From NCBI GenBank assembly GCA_023380755.1, contig JAMCSD010000006.1, forward strand, positions 120,385 through 184,384: 64,000 nt of DNA, in the 5' to 3' direction. A program made the position numbers and the translations under genes. Below, one piece after another: positions 28,117 to 37,668 of the stretch. The notes below the pieces were generated by a model, which saw nothing but the letters and a program-made list of their open reading frames with translations, was not told the origin of the DNA and did no database searches. Position 1 is the stretch's first letter. Every line of letters starts with the position of its first letter. Origin of the DNA: Patescibacteria group bacterium. GTDB lineage: Bacteria; Patescibacteriota; Microgenomatia; UBA12405.

Positions 28117-29940
28117 ATGAGTATTTACCTTAAGCATACGCCAATTTTGCTATGTCTTATGGTTTTAGCCAGCGCCATTTTCTTGGCCCGGCCTTCCTTG
28201 GCGGCCGTTAGCTCCTGGCAAAAAAGCGCCAGTTTTACTCCCGCCTACCCCGACGATTTTAGCAGTACCAACTTTCAGCAGTCACTCAAAAATTACCAAA
28301 GTATCGGTGGCAATTATGTTACCTTAATCATCACTTTGCTCCAAGATAACGAAGGCTCGACCACTATTTATACCGGCAACAATACCCCTTCCGACCAGTC
28401 ATTAGCCAATGCTACTAAATACGCCCAATCTCTGGGGCTGAATGTTGCTTATAAAATCCATATTGATCTAGTCAATAACCACTGGCGGGCCAATATTAAC
28501 CCTTCAGACCGGGCTACCTGGTTTTCCAACTACAATAACTGGCTTTCCCATTATGCAACCTTGGCCGCCGCTAACGGTGTCAATGAATTATTTATCGGTG
28601 CTGAGTTATACGATATGACTAGTACCAAAGTTAATTCCGGCAATACGGGCTATTGGAATAATATGATAGCCGGCGTTCGAAAAATTTTTTCCGGCAAACT
28701 TTCCTATAGCGCCCAAAGAGGGGACGGTCCTTATTACAACGAATGGGGTGAAATCGGCTTTTGGAATAATCTTGATTACTTGGGTATTTCTGCGTATTAC
28801 CCCCTCGCCACCAATCTCAGCAATCCTACGGTCAATGATTATATGGATTCCTGGAAATCGATTGATAGCACTTGGTTTGCGCCGATGTATCAACAATACC
28901 AAAAACCGATTTTATTCAGTGAATTGGGTTACCGCTCCGAGACTGGCACCCACTATCACCCTTTTGACGGCAACACCAACGGCGCGCCCAACATGCAGGA
29001 GCAGGCCGATCTTTATCAGGCCATGCTGCAATACTGGAATAATCAAAACTATGTCCAAGGCCTCCATTTATGGGATTGGCAAACCGATCCTAATGCTGGC
29101 GGTCCCAATGATAACCGTTATACTCCCCAAAACAAACCCGCCCAGTCAGTCATCGCCTCCTGGTTTCAGGGTGGCAGCACTCCCAATCCGACCACTACTC
29201 CCGCTCCCACGGCTGCCCCTGCCCCAACTTCTGCTCCCGGCCAATTTACTTTGTCGGCAGCTATTAACCCCGCCAATCCCACACTTAACCAACCCCTGAC
29301 TGTTACTAGCAGCGTCGCTAATTCCGGCACGGTCAATGATGCCATTGTTGATATTGAAATTTATAATAGCCAAAACCAGCAAGTCTTTCAAAAGTACTTT
29401 GAACACCAAAATCTGTCAAGCACGGCCATTAGTTACCCCCTTTCCTGGCAAACCGGTCAAACCGGTGCCTATCGGGTAGCCATCGGCATCTTCAACAATA
29501 ACTGGTCGGTTAATTACCTCTGGAATAACCAGCTGACCACCTTCACCGTCGGTGCTGTAGCTACTCCGCCTTCGCCTACTCCTACCCCCACCACCACTCC
29601 TACATTACCCACTCCCACCTCCGCTCCTCCCGCTCCCGTCTCCGGCAGCCTAAATATCTGGTGGCCGACCAGCGGTGCCACCCTTTCCGGTGTCCAGCCA
29701 TTTAAGGCCATATTGACCAATAACGATATAAATAATTACCACTTGTATTGGCAGGTTGATGGCGGCGGTCTTAATGAAATGAACAATAGTACTCAAGATT
29801 ACCCTCACAAAGAAACCTCAGTTGATGTTAGCTCCTGGAACTGGCGGGGAAATGGCCCTTACACCATTAATTTTATTGCCAAAGACAATAGTGGCAACAT
29901 CCTCCAGCAACTCTCAGTTTCCATCAATGTCAGTCATTAG
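28117..29940 (+). CDS. Secreted modular glycoside hydrolase ((beta/alpha)8, clan GH-A-like) with Pro/Thr linkers and a conserved 95-aa C-terminal domain
   Basis: Signal peptide, candidate catalytic Glu in GAELYD and FSELGY, PTPTPTTTP linkers, and a C-terminal module also found in the GH5 enzyme at 56121-57701. Confidence 0.45.
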   Translation: MSIYLKHTPILLCLMVLASAIFLARPSLAAVSSWQKSASFTPAYPDDFSSTNFQQSLKNYQSIGGNYVTLIITLLQDNEGSTTIYTGNNTPSDQSLANATKYAQSLGLNVAYKIHIDLVNNHWRANINPSDRATWFSNYNNWLSHYATLAAANGVNELFIGAELYDMTSTKVNSGNTGYWNNMIAGVRKIFSGKLSYSAQRGDGPYYNEWGEIGFWNNLDYLGISAYYPLATNLSNPTVNDYMDSWKSIDSTWFAPMYQQYQKPILFSELGYRSETGTHYHPFDGNTNGAPNMQEQADLYQAMLQYWNNQNYVQGLHLWDWQTDPNAGGPNDNRYTPQNKPAQSVIASWFQGGSTPNPTTTPAPTAAPAPTSAPGQFTLSAAINPANPTLNQPLTVTSSVANSGTVNDAIVDIEIYNSQNQQVFQKYFEHQNLSSTAISYPLSWQTGQTGAYRVAIGIFNNNWSVNYLWNNQLTTFTVGAVATPPSPTPTPTTTPTLPTPTSAPPAPVSGSLNIWWPTSGATLSGVQPFKAILTNNDINNYHLYWQVDGGGLNEMNNSTQDYPHKETSVDVSSWNWRGNGPYTINFIAKDNSGNILQQLSVSINVSH

Positions 29941-30642
29941 TTAGCGGAGTTGTAATCCCAAGCCAGTTAACCCTCCAATCGTATAAGCTATGGCTAAGTA
30001 CAAAGTTAATGGAACTTGCCGCCAACTAACCTTCCGAAAAAGGAAAAAAATATCCGTAGTGATCATTGTCAATAGGGCATAAACCATGCTGATGGCCACC
30101 GTTCCTCGAGTGACGTTAATCGCAATAATGGCGGCTAATATCAAACTATTGATCGCTACCAGAATTAATTCCCGGCCGTTAATACTTACCGGCGCCATTC
30201 TCTCCAGGATTATCAAAGATAAGTTTACTAAGTACGCCCCTCCAAAAATAAACAGGTTGCTCAAATAAAAATCATTTACCGCCAGTCCTCGGCAAAATGT
30301 TCCCGGAACTAAGGTCAAATCACAATAACTATTCAGAAAAAAATTCGTCACCTCGTGAATCCCGTTGCCCACTGCGTAAAAATAGATGCCCAAGAAGAAA
30401 ATTACCCCCAACGCTATTCCTAAGCCATTCTGCAATTTTTGAAATCTGCCGGTGACCGTCCTTAGTATCATAAAAGCGATGACGATAGTTAAGGGCAATA
30501 TTACGGCTATCTGGATTAGTTCATGCAGCCTCAAAAAATCATCAGGTTCTAAATAAACGGCTCCGGTACCCAGCAGCCCTCCGGCTGTCATCGCCAACAA
30601 GCCTATCGATAAGAGTGATAACCAGACAGTTAACGCATTCAT
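29941..30642 (-). CDS. Hypothetical multi-TM membrane protein
   Basis: Six to seven hydrophobic helices. No recognised motif. Confidence 0.45.
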   Translation of the reverse strand: MNALTVWLSLLSIGLLAMTAGGLLGTGAVYLEPDDFLRLHELIQIAVILPLTIVIAFMILRTVTGRFQKLQNGLGIALGVIFFLGIYFYAVGNGIHEVTNFFLNSYCDLTLVPGTFCRGLAVNDFYLSNLFIFGGAYLVNLSLIILERMAPVSINGRELILVAINSLILAAIIAINVTRGTVAISMVYALLTMITTDIFFLFRKVSWRQVPLTLYLAIAYTIGGLTGLGLQLR

Positions 30643-30806
30643 AATGGTCTATATAATGATACCTTAGATCAGACTAGAACTACTATCATAATAGTTGCAG
30701 TATGATTACACCGATTACTATCCTTCGGGCTAAAACTTCTCCGATACCCTTTCCGGGTTCCTCACCCAGCCCCCCAGCTCCGACGAGCTCGCTGGCCAAG
30801 TCCGAA

Positions 30807-32021
30807 TCACTGAATCTGAATCTTATTAATTTCCCGGATGCTTTTTACGCTGTAGTGGTCAGTAAATGGGACATTGTGCCCATCCTTTAGGTAAGGGTCA
30901 TGCATTCGATAATTACCATTACTTCCCGAAATCAAGGTCACAAAATGATCGGGTAGGGGACCGCCGTCATAGCTGATACCCACAATTACCGGCCGGCCGG
31001 CATTTAACTCACCATCAACGTCGGCACTAATTCGGGTTAAGGTCGCTCCGTCCGCATAAACCGTTTTCGATAACCAAGCCGGTTCGTAAGACGCAAAATT
31101 GTCGGGATTGCTATTAATCGTAATCGGGTTAACACTGCGGTGTCCGAAGTGGGTAAAGACCATCGCCACGTCGGTCAACAAACACCCGTCGGAGGCGATA
31201 GTATAGTGGGTATTGTTCAAGGGAATTGGCCCCCACTGGCTATCCCGCTGGTTGTAGTAGCAACCCCAGTCATCGCAACTGGTCTGGTTTGACAGCAGCT
31301 GGTCGCCCCCCTGGCTGTTAACGAAAGCGCGGAAGTTTTGCAGCTGTGCTTGGGCTTGGGCCAATAGTTTGGCATAATTAGCTTCACTGCCTCTCGTTTG
31401 GGTTAAGAGGTCATTCTTTTGTGACTTTTGCTGGTTTAAATTGGCCGTATAACCAATTAATTGTTTCTGCAGATCATCTTGTTTCTTTTTTTGGGCTTCC
31501 AATAGTTGCTTTTGGTCTTGAAAACTATTTTGCGTCACTTGGGCGGTGTACATTAGTTGTTTATCGTGGGCTTGGATGGCCTTTAAATAGCTCATTTGGC
31601 GCACGTAATTTTCCATCGTGCCCGTATCGGCTAAAAATTGGAATACAGGCATTTTTTCCGCCTCGTACGTGGCTGCAATCCGTTTAATCAGCACTGTGGC
31701 CATACTGGTTAAAGTGACGTCCAATTCATCAATTTTTTGTTTTGTTTTATCGATGTCGACCGCCAGCTGGGCGATGGCTTCTTTGGTGGCCTCAATCTTC
31801 ACTTCCGTCAGCTTAATTTGGCTATCCATCACCGCAATCTGGTTAGTCAGGGTTTTTTCCTGCCCCTGTAAATCCGAAATCTTATTTTTTAAGTCATCAA
31901 TTTGTTTTTGTAAGGCATCTACCGCCGGTGTGGCTTCTTGCGCCCGGGCTGCTTTTGGCGCCCCCAACGTCCCGATTACCACCAACACCATCATTCCATA
32001 TAACAATTTAGGAAAAGGCAT
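30807..32021 (-). CDS. Secreted coiled-coil protein with C-terminal C39-like/papain-fold peptidase domain (PcsB-like architecture)
   Basis: Signal peptide and about 200 aa of Gln/Lys-rich coiled coil. The C-terminal DGCLLTDVAMVFTHFG matches the C39-like Cys motif. Confidence 0.4.
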   Translation of the reverse strand: MPFPKLLYGMMVLVVIGTLGAPKAARAQEATPAVDALQKQIDDLKNKISDLQGQEKTLTNQIAVMDSQIKLTEVKIEATKEAIAQLAVDIDKTKQKIDELDVTLTSMATVLIKRIAATYEAEKMPVFQFLADTGTMENYVRQMSYLKAIQAHDKQLMYTAQVTQNSFQDQKQLLEAQKKKQDDLQKQLIGYTANLNQQKSQKNDLLTQTRGSEANYAKLLAQAQAQLQNFRAFVNSQGGDQLLSNQTSCDDWGCYYNQRDSQWGPIPLNNTHYTIASDGCLLTDVAMVFTHFGHRSVNPITINSNPDNFASYEPAWLSKTVYADGATLTRISADVDGELNAGRPVIVGISYDGGPLPDHFVTLISGSNGNYRMHDPYLKDGHNVPFTDHYSVKSIREINKIQIQ

Positions 32022-32067
32022 ACCTTATCCATTTTACCGTAAAGCGCTTTCGCCATCCGCCTCAATT

Positions 32068-32096
32068 TTGACTTTCGCCACCTTCCGATTTATACT
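32068..32096 (+). promoter_or_regulatory. Sigma70-like promoter (TTGACT, 17-nt spacer, TATACT)
   Basis: Near-consensus hexamers with optimal spacing, about 120 nt upstream of the 32215 gene. Confidence 0.4.
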
Positions 32097-32214
32097 TCTC
32101 CACTCATAAAATACACCCTATTTTAGGCAGACATAAGCGTCTACTCTTAAATAGCTTAAGTCCTTTAACATTCCGACGTTTACCCACACTCGTACCCTAC
32201 TTTCGGAGGTTTTT

Positions 32215-32601
32215 ATGTCCTTACCCATCCAGGAACCTAGTGTTCCTCTGGACATCACTTACCGTCATCCGCCTATAGTTGACGACATAGTCTGGATCAC
32301 TGCCAAAGAAGCCAACTACCTTAGTTTTGATGTCCATGCCCCCCGGGTGATTTTGGAAGATCTTCAAAACTGGCTGGAAACCGAACCGGAGACGGTAATT
32401 TATCACTATTATGTCACCCGGGGAACGGTTCGCATTGTGGTTCACCGTTGTGCCGATGCCACAGCTTTCCGCCAAATTGTTCAAAAGTATCTTCATGACC
32501 TCTGGCAGACGCTAATAGTTCCCAGTTTGCCGCCTCAGTCAGCGAAACCACCATTCCTTGCTCGTGTTTGTCGGTCCCTATTAGGAGGAAACCATGTCTA
32601 A
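32215..32601 (+). CDS. Hypothetical protein, tandem paralog A (128 aa)
   Basis: GGAGG ribosome-binding site. It shares motifs with the next gene (FDVHAPRVILEDL versus FDLVAPREVVNHL, and VRIVVHRCADA versus VRVLHCTSAEA). Confidence 0.5.
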   Translation: MSLPIQEPSVPLDITYRHPPIVDDIVWITAKEANYLSFDVHAPRVILEDLQNWLETEPETVIYHYYVTRGTVRIVVHRCADATAFRQIVQKYLHDLWQTLIVPSLPPQSAKPPFLARVCRSLLGGNHV

Positions 32602-33031
32602 CTTTCCTGCGTTCCTGGTCCCTAACGATATTGTCCACCATGACACCCCTCACGTGGATGATTTGCGCAACCAAGGCAAAGAATTTGACCTCGTGGCTCC
32701 ACGTGAAGTGGTTAACCACTTGCTGATCGAACTTAGAGATTCTCCTGCCGTTGAAAGAGCCGATGCTATGGGGCACTTTAGCATTCATGTTGAGCTTGGC
32801 CCCCTGGTCCGTGCCGAATTGTTCCGACTTTATGTCATGGCCTATGTCTATCAGTGTTGCGTCAATCTCGACCTCTACGTCCGCCACCCGCCGCTTAATC
32901 CTTCTGCGGATGTTGTCCGGGTTCTCCATTGCACTTCAGCTGAGGCGGCGGATATCGTTTTAATTCTTAACTCCTGGGCCAACCCCCAGCCTCCTGCTAC
33001 TCTCCATACGTTAAAAATCCTTGTCAACTAA
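32594..33031 (+). CDS. Hypothetical protein, tandem paralog B (145 aa)
   Basis: AGGAGG ribosome-binding site and an 8-nt overlap with paralog A. Confidence 0.5.
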   Translation: MSNFPAFLVPNDIVHHDTPHVDDLRNQGKEFDLVAPREVVNHLLIELRDSPAVERADAMGHFSIHVELGPLVRAELFRLYVMAYVYQCCVNLDLYVRHPPLNPSADVVRVLHCTSAEAADIVLILNSWANPQPPATLHTLKILVN

Positions 33032-33365
33032 ACGTCGGAACCCCGGAACGCCTGTTTTGGCTCATACCAACTAGGCGTTCCGGTCTAAATTCTTATGATC
33101 GAACAATATTCTTCTTCCCCCGGCCCCGCTAAGAGTGAGCTCCTGACTCGAGCCGCCAATGTCATTAGGAATGGCAGCGGACTCACGAAGCCTGGATTTC
33201 GGTGGCCAAGGTGGTAGCTCAACAGGATATTTACCGTCAACTTCTAGGTCAACCTAAATGTTATAATTTCCTTGTAATCAAAATTACGGTAATAGCGCCG
33301 TTTATTGTGGTTCTTTAACAATCTACGGTAAAGGAGTTTTTCTATCATCTTCTGTCGGTTCCGGT

Positions 33366-34085
33366 TTGTCGTTCTTCAACCATGAGTTTCTCAAAGGCAG
33401 GTTTTTTGCTATGAATGTCGATTCCATTTGGGCCCGTCGTGGTGAGAGTACGTTGTCCAAAGCCACTTATATCCGTCTGACCTCTCTTTTTACGGTCCTG
33501 GAAGGCTTCTTGGTTTACATCGGCGCCTTCGTTTCCCGCAGCTGGCCGAGTTCCGGTTGGTTGGCTTTGTTAATGTTTCTCGTATCCCTGGTCGGCGTCT
33601 TTATGATCAAGACCAATGGCAATGTCTATCGCAGTGCCCTGGGTGTCACCATCATGAGTCTTTCCCTGGGGTTGATGTGCGGTCCTTTCTTTGCCCTTAA
33701 CTCGTCCGCCGTCTTGGTTGAGAGTATCCTTCTCACCGTGTCCGTTATGGTGGTTATGTCCCTGGTCGGCATTACTTTTCCCGCTGTCTTTGAAGGCTGG
33801 GGAATTTGGCTTTTGCTAGCCTTAGTCCTGTTGTTGGTGGTTCAGATTGCCCAGTCGGTGTTAATGAGTCTGGGATACATGTCGAGTGACATGACCCTCC
33901 TCGCTTGGTTGGGGATTCTCATTTTTACCGCTGTCGTCGCCCATGATTGGTCCCGCGCTCTGCGGATTCCCTACACTGTCAACAACGCTATCGATGCCTC
34001 CGGCGGCCTCATCTTGAGTGCCATCAACTTGGCCCTTCGCTTTGTGATTTTGCTGCGTGGTGGCAGTGTTAGTCGCTCTGGTTAA
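33366..34085 (+). CDS. Seven-TM membrane protein (possibly BI-1/YccA-like)
   Basis: Seven hydrophobic helices and a length typical of the BI-1/YccA family. No diagnostic motif seen. Confidence 0.4.
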   Translation: MSFFNHEFLKGRFFAMNVDSIWARRGESTLSKATYIRLTSLFTVLEGFLVYIGAFVSRSWPSSGWLALLMFLVSLVGVFMIKTNGNVYRSALGVTIMSLSLGLMCGPFFALNSSAVLVESILLTVSVMVVMSLVGITFPAVFEGWGIWLLLALVLLLVVQIAQSVLMSLGYMSSDMTLLAWLGILIFTAVVAHDWSRALRIPYTVNNAIDASGGLILSAINLALRFVILLRGGSVSRSG

Positions 34086-34107
34086 TACCGTAGGTTGTTC
34101 GTTTAGT

Positions 34108-34146
34108 AAAGCCGTTATGGCCTCTTCGCCTTAGCGGCTTTTTTGT
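34108..34146 (+). terminator. Probable rho-independent terminator
   Basis: Imperfect stem aaagccgttatggcc/gccttagcggcttt followed by ttttgtggg. Confidence 0.4.
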
Positions 34147-34273
34147 GGGAAAAAATTAACACGGAGATTTCCAAAAAATAAAAAATTGACGAAGCTCTTT
34201 CATCATTATCTTTTTTGGGTTGTTTGCCTCAGGGCAGGGGATTAGCAGTCTCCATCCTGCCCCGGCTTTCAGC

Positions 34274-34570
34274 TTAATATAAAATAGCTACTTCATCTTC
34301 ATCGAAAATGTCTTGGTCGCTGGTGACCTTCGCCGCCTTTTTTATTTCCACATCCACCGCTCTTGTCTCCCGCGCCTCTCGGATTGCCTGTTGGACGAAC
34401 CGCCACGCCTTGCCGTCGACCGGTCCAAACTCCAAAATGTGATGGGCGAGCCCCAGTGCCTCCTCCCTTTGACTATCGGTCAGGCCTCTGTCTGTAACCA
34501 TCAACAGGTCATCAATTACTTGCACAATATTTCCCAGGTCGGTATTTCGGGTTCCCATAAAGTCCTCCAA
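34274..34570 (-). CDS. Hypothetical acidic protein (98 aa)
   Basis: Clean ORF with no recognised motif. Confidence 0.4.
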   Translation of the reverse strand: MEDFMGTRNTDLGNIVQVIDDLLMVTDRGLTDSQREEALGLAHHILEFGPVDGKAWRFVQQAIREARETRAVDVEIKKAAKVTSDQDIFDEDEVAILY

Positions 34571-34711
34571 AAGTGTATCTTAAGCTGCTCCGTGTTAATT
34601 TAAAGTGCCAAAAAATCGGCAAAAGTAATTATATACCCCCCGGCCTTTTAGTCAAATAGGGACTAAACTATGATAAAATTAGTAATAGTTAATTTAACCC
34701 CGGAGGTGCTT

Positions 34712-34843
34712 ATGATTGATGCCCAAAGGTTAAAACTCCAAGCTCAATTGGATCGTCTTAAAGCCGAGTTGGAAAACGCCGCTGCTGATACTCGGATATC
34801 TATCCAGCGCGAAATTGAGGCTATTGAGGCCCGTCTGCGTTAA
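34712..34843 (+). CDS. Small coiled-coil peptide (43 aa), hypothetical
   Basis: GGAGGTG ribosome-binding site 7 nt upstream. The peptide is helical (MIDAQRLKLQAQLDRLKAELENAAAD...). It is not in the supplied track because it is shorter than 60 aa. Confidence 0.35.
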   Translation: MIDAQRLKLQAQLDRLKAELENAAADTRISIQREIEAIEARLR

Positions 34844-34867
34844 TCCTTTAATCATTAATCTGCTTTT

Positions 34868-35089
34868 ATGCCTTACCAAAACAATAATGACCTTCCCGAC
34901 CGTGTCAAAAATTTCCTGCCGTCCCACGCCCAAGATATTTATCGCGAGGCTTTCAATCATGCTTGGGATGAATACCGGGAAGGCGGCCAAGGCAGCCGCA
35001 GCCGTGAAGAAACCGCCCACGCTGTCGCTTGGAGCGCCGTCGAAAATAAGTTTCACAAAGACTCCCATGGTAACTGGGTGGAAAAATAA
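34868..35089 (+). CDS. chaB: ChaB-family protein
   Basis: LPDRVKNFLPSHAQDIYREAFNHAWDEY matches the ChaB domain signature. Confidence 0.6.
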   Translation: MPYQNNNDLPDRVKNFLPSHAQDIYREAFNHAWDEYREGGQGSRSREETAHAVAWSAVENKFHKDSHGNWVEK

Positions 35090-35389
35090 TTAAGGCGTAT
35101 TGTCTAAGTCATTCTCCACGTCGGTCAATCGCCGTTGCCCTTCATTGACCGTCTTATTAGTGGTCTTTTTAACTTCTTCTCCCTTACCTTTCATCTTTTC
35201 CATTACTTCTTTACCTTTTTGTTTTACCTTACCCATCGCCTCGTTCATTTTTTGGCGGTTTTCTTCTTTCGATAAAATGGCCGCTGTCGCTGCCCCGGCT
35301 ATGGCGGCTGTGCCCAGCATCGCTGCCTTCATCGCGGCACTGGTTTTGCCCTGACTCATTTTTTTCTTATCTTCTTGATTATTGTCCAT
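35090..35389 (-). CDS. Lys/Glu-rich hydrophilic protein (YtxH/DUF948-like stress protein)
   Basis: Ala-rich N-terminal helix followed by KGKEVMEKMKGKGEEVKK repeats. Confidence 0.4.
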   Translation of the reverse strand: MDNNQEDKKKMSQGKTSAAMKAAMLGTAAIAGAATAAILSKEENRQKMNEAMGKVKQKGKEVMEKMKGKGEEVKKTTNKTVNEGQRRLTDVENDLDNTP

Positions 35390-35483
35390 AACTTCCTCCT
35401 GGTTAATGTTAATTTTTTATAAAGTCCGGTCGCGATCTCGGTCGCGGATTGGCTCCCAATCACTAACTCTTACTACTAGTATA

Positions 35484-37631
35484 CTAGTACGAGTTAACCA
35501 CTTCAACCGTTTCTGTCTTAGTTGCTACCAGTATCTTCGCATCCACCCCCCAAATTTCCTCCGGGGTCACTATCACCGGGTTGATCTCTAAATCGCTCAC
35601 CAATTCTTCCGCTTCCACCAGCTGACCCATTTCCACCATCAATTTAACCAATTTTTCTACCGGGTAAGTTGGGCCGCCGCGATATCCGGCCAAAATTTTA
35701 TAAACCTTTGACTGCTTAATTAACCCCAATGCTTTCGTAGGGTTTAGCGGTAGGGAACACAAATTTTTATCCGCAATCAACTCTACCAGTTTCCCACCCA
35801 TGCCAAACAACATAATCGGCCCGAAAGTTGGATCTCTTTTAATCCCCACAATTACTTCCACCGCGGCCCTGAGCGGGATCTCTTCTTGTAACTCGATTCC
35901 GATTTCCCTCGGAATAGTATTTTTTAACGATTTAATTGTTTCTTGCATTTTATTCCAGGCGGCTTCTAAGGCAACCTCGTCCTTAATTTGTCCGATTACT
36001 CCTCCCACCTCACTTTTGTGCAAGATAAAAGGGCTGGCCAGTTTTATGACCACCCCGCCCGGTTTTGTTTGCCAAAAATTCTTGGCTTCAGTGAACGTAG
36101 TGACTACCCGGCTTTCGGGTGTTTTGATTGACAGATTCCTTAGTAGTTCCTCGGCTTCCAGCGGGTCGCAGGCTGCCCGTTTCTCTTGGGACACCTTTTC
36201 GATTATCGGAGTCACTGCCGAGAAATCAGGCATATTTTCTGCCGTTTTCTCCTCGTTAACTTGTATCTGCCGCCATTGCTCCCATTTATAAAGTACCGAA
36301 AGTGTTTTAATCGCCCTCTCGGGGAACCTAAAAGTGGGAATCGATAGTTTATTTAGTATGGCTTCTCCGGCCATCGTGTAGCCACCGCCGATAAAGGAGG
36401 CCACCACTGGTTTCTCGTATCTTTTTGACAAATTACCAATTAGTTCTGCTGTTTCGGCAATTTGTGTCATTAGTTGCGGCGTTAATATTACCACCACCGC
36501 ATCCACCGTATTTTCTTGCAAAACAATTTCCGCTGCTTTCACAAACCGGTCTGCCAGGGCATCCCCTAAAATATCCACCGGGTTAAACAGGCTGGCTGTT
36601 CGCGGCAAATACTCGGCTAACCTTTTTTCTGTTTCTTCCGAAAAGGAGGCTAACTTTAGGCCCTCATTTTCAATCGAATCCGTGGTCAGTACTGCTGGCC
36701 CCCCGGCATTCGAGACAATGGCCACGTTAGGGCCTTTAGGCATTTTTGACCAGGCAAAAGCCCGCGAATAATCAAAAAAATCTTCTAATTCCGAGCACCT
36801 AATAATTCCTGCTTCGGCCGCCACCGCTTCCAAAACACTGTCTTCTCCGGCGATTGATCCGGTATGTGATTTCATCGCGTGGGCTGCCGCTTTTGATTTC
36901 CCTGGTTTCAACAAAAACACCGGTTGCTTCAGGGATAACTGTCGACAGTCTTGTAAAAATTTTTTTCCTTCGGCAATTGACTCCAAGTAAATTCCTATCG
37001 GCCCCGGGTTTTCCTGTGTTAGCCAATACTCCAAAAAATCATTTTCCGTTAAACCGCCCTTATTCCCCAAGGAAACAAAATCACTAAAACCTAAACCAAT
37101 GGCCTGAAACCAGTCAAACAAACTGGTTGCCAATGCCCCCGATTGGCTAATGAAACGCAGAGTCCCCGGCAGCATTTTAATCTTGCCAAAAGTGGCGTTT
37201 AATGGGGTTCGCGTGCTGGCCAGCCCTAAACAATTTGGCCCCACAATGTTCACCTGATACTTAATGGCGATGCTTTTTAACTCTTCTTCCAACCTGACGC
37301 CTTCGCCGCCCACTTCCTTAAAACCGGCGCTATAAATCACCACATTTTTTACTCCCTTTTTTCCGGCCGCCTCCGCTTCTGGCAGCACCCCGGCCGCTGG
37401 TATAGCAATTAACACTACATCCACTGCTTCCGGCAATTCTTCAATATGGGGATAACATTTCAAGCCGTTTATATCCGAATACTTAGGATTAATGGGGTAA
37501 ATATTGCCCTTAAAACCGCCTTCTAAAAGATTGTTAAGAACAATTGCTCCCACTTTGGTTTTTTCGGGTGAAGCTCCAATAACCGCCACGGAGTGGGGGA
37601 GAAATAAAGATTCCAGATTACTCAACGTCAC
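35484..37631 (-). CDS. Acetyl-CoA synthetase (ADP-forming), fused alpha/beta subunits
   Basis: CoA-binding N-terminus SVAVIGASPEKTKVGAIVLNNLLEGGFKGNIYPINPKY, a succinyl-CoA-synthetase-like flavodoxin domain and a C-terminal ATP-grasp domain, 715 aa in total. Confidence 0.8.
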   Translation of the reverse strand: MTLSNLESLFLPHSVAVIGASPEKTKVGAIVLNNLLEGGFKGNIYPINPKYSDINGLKCYPHIEELPEAVDVVLIAIPAAGVLPEAEAAGKKGVKNVVIYSAGFKEVGGEGVRLEEELKSIAIKYQVNIVGPNCLGLASTRTPLNATFGKIKMLPGTLRFISQSGALATSLFDWFQAIGLGFSDFVSLGNKGGLTENDFLEYWLTQENPGPIGIYLESIAEGKKFLQDCRQLSLKQPVFLLKPGKSKAAAHAMKSHTGSIAGEDSVLEAVAAEAGIIRCSELEDFFDYSRAFAWSKMPKGPNVAIVSNAGGPAVLTTDSIENEGLKLASFSEETEKRLAEYLPRTASLFNPVDILGDALADRFVKAAEIVLQENTVDAVVVILTPQLMTQIAETAELIGNLSKRYEKPVVASFIGGGYTMAGEAILNKLSIPTFRFPERAIKTLSVLYKWEQWRQIQVNEEKTAENMPDFSAVTPIIEKVSQEKRAACDPLEAEELLRNLSIKTPESRVVTTFTEAKNFWQTKPGGVVIKLASPFILHKSEVGGVIGQIKDEVALEAAWNKMQETIKSLKNTIPREIGIELQEEIPLRAAVEVIVGIKRDPTFGPIMLFGMGGKLVELIADKNLCSLPLNPTKALGLIKQSKVYKILAGYRGGPTYPVEKLVKLMVEMGQLVEAEELVSDLEINPVIVTPEEIWGVDAKILVATKTETVEVVNSY

Positions 37632-37668
37632 TTACGTAGTATGCCACAGAACTTTGTTCCCCACTCAA

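Noticed and set aside
28748-29299. 183-aa plus-strand ORF in an alternative frame of the glycoside hydrolase gene
   Set aside because: It lies inside a gene with signal peptide, linkers and conserved C-terminal module in another frame. Its translation is Pro/Arg-rich low complexity.
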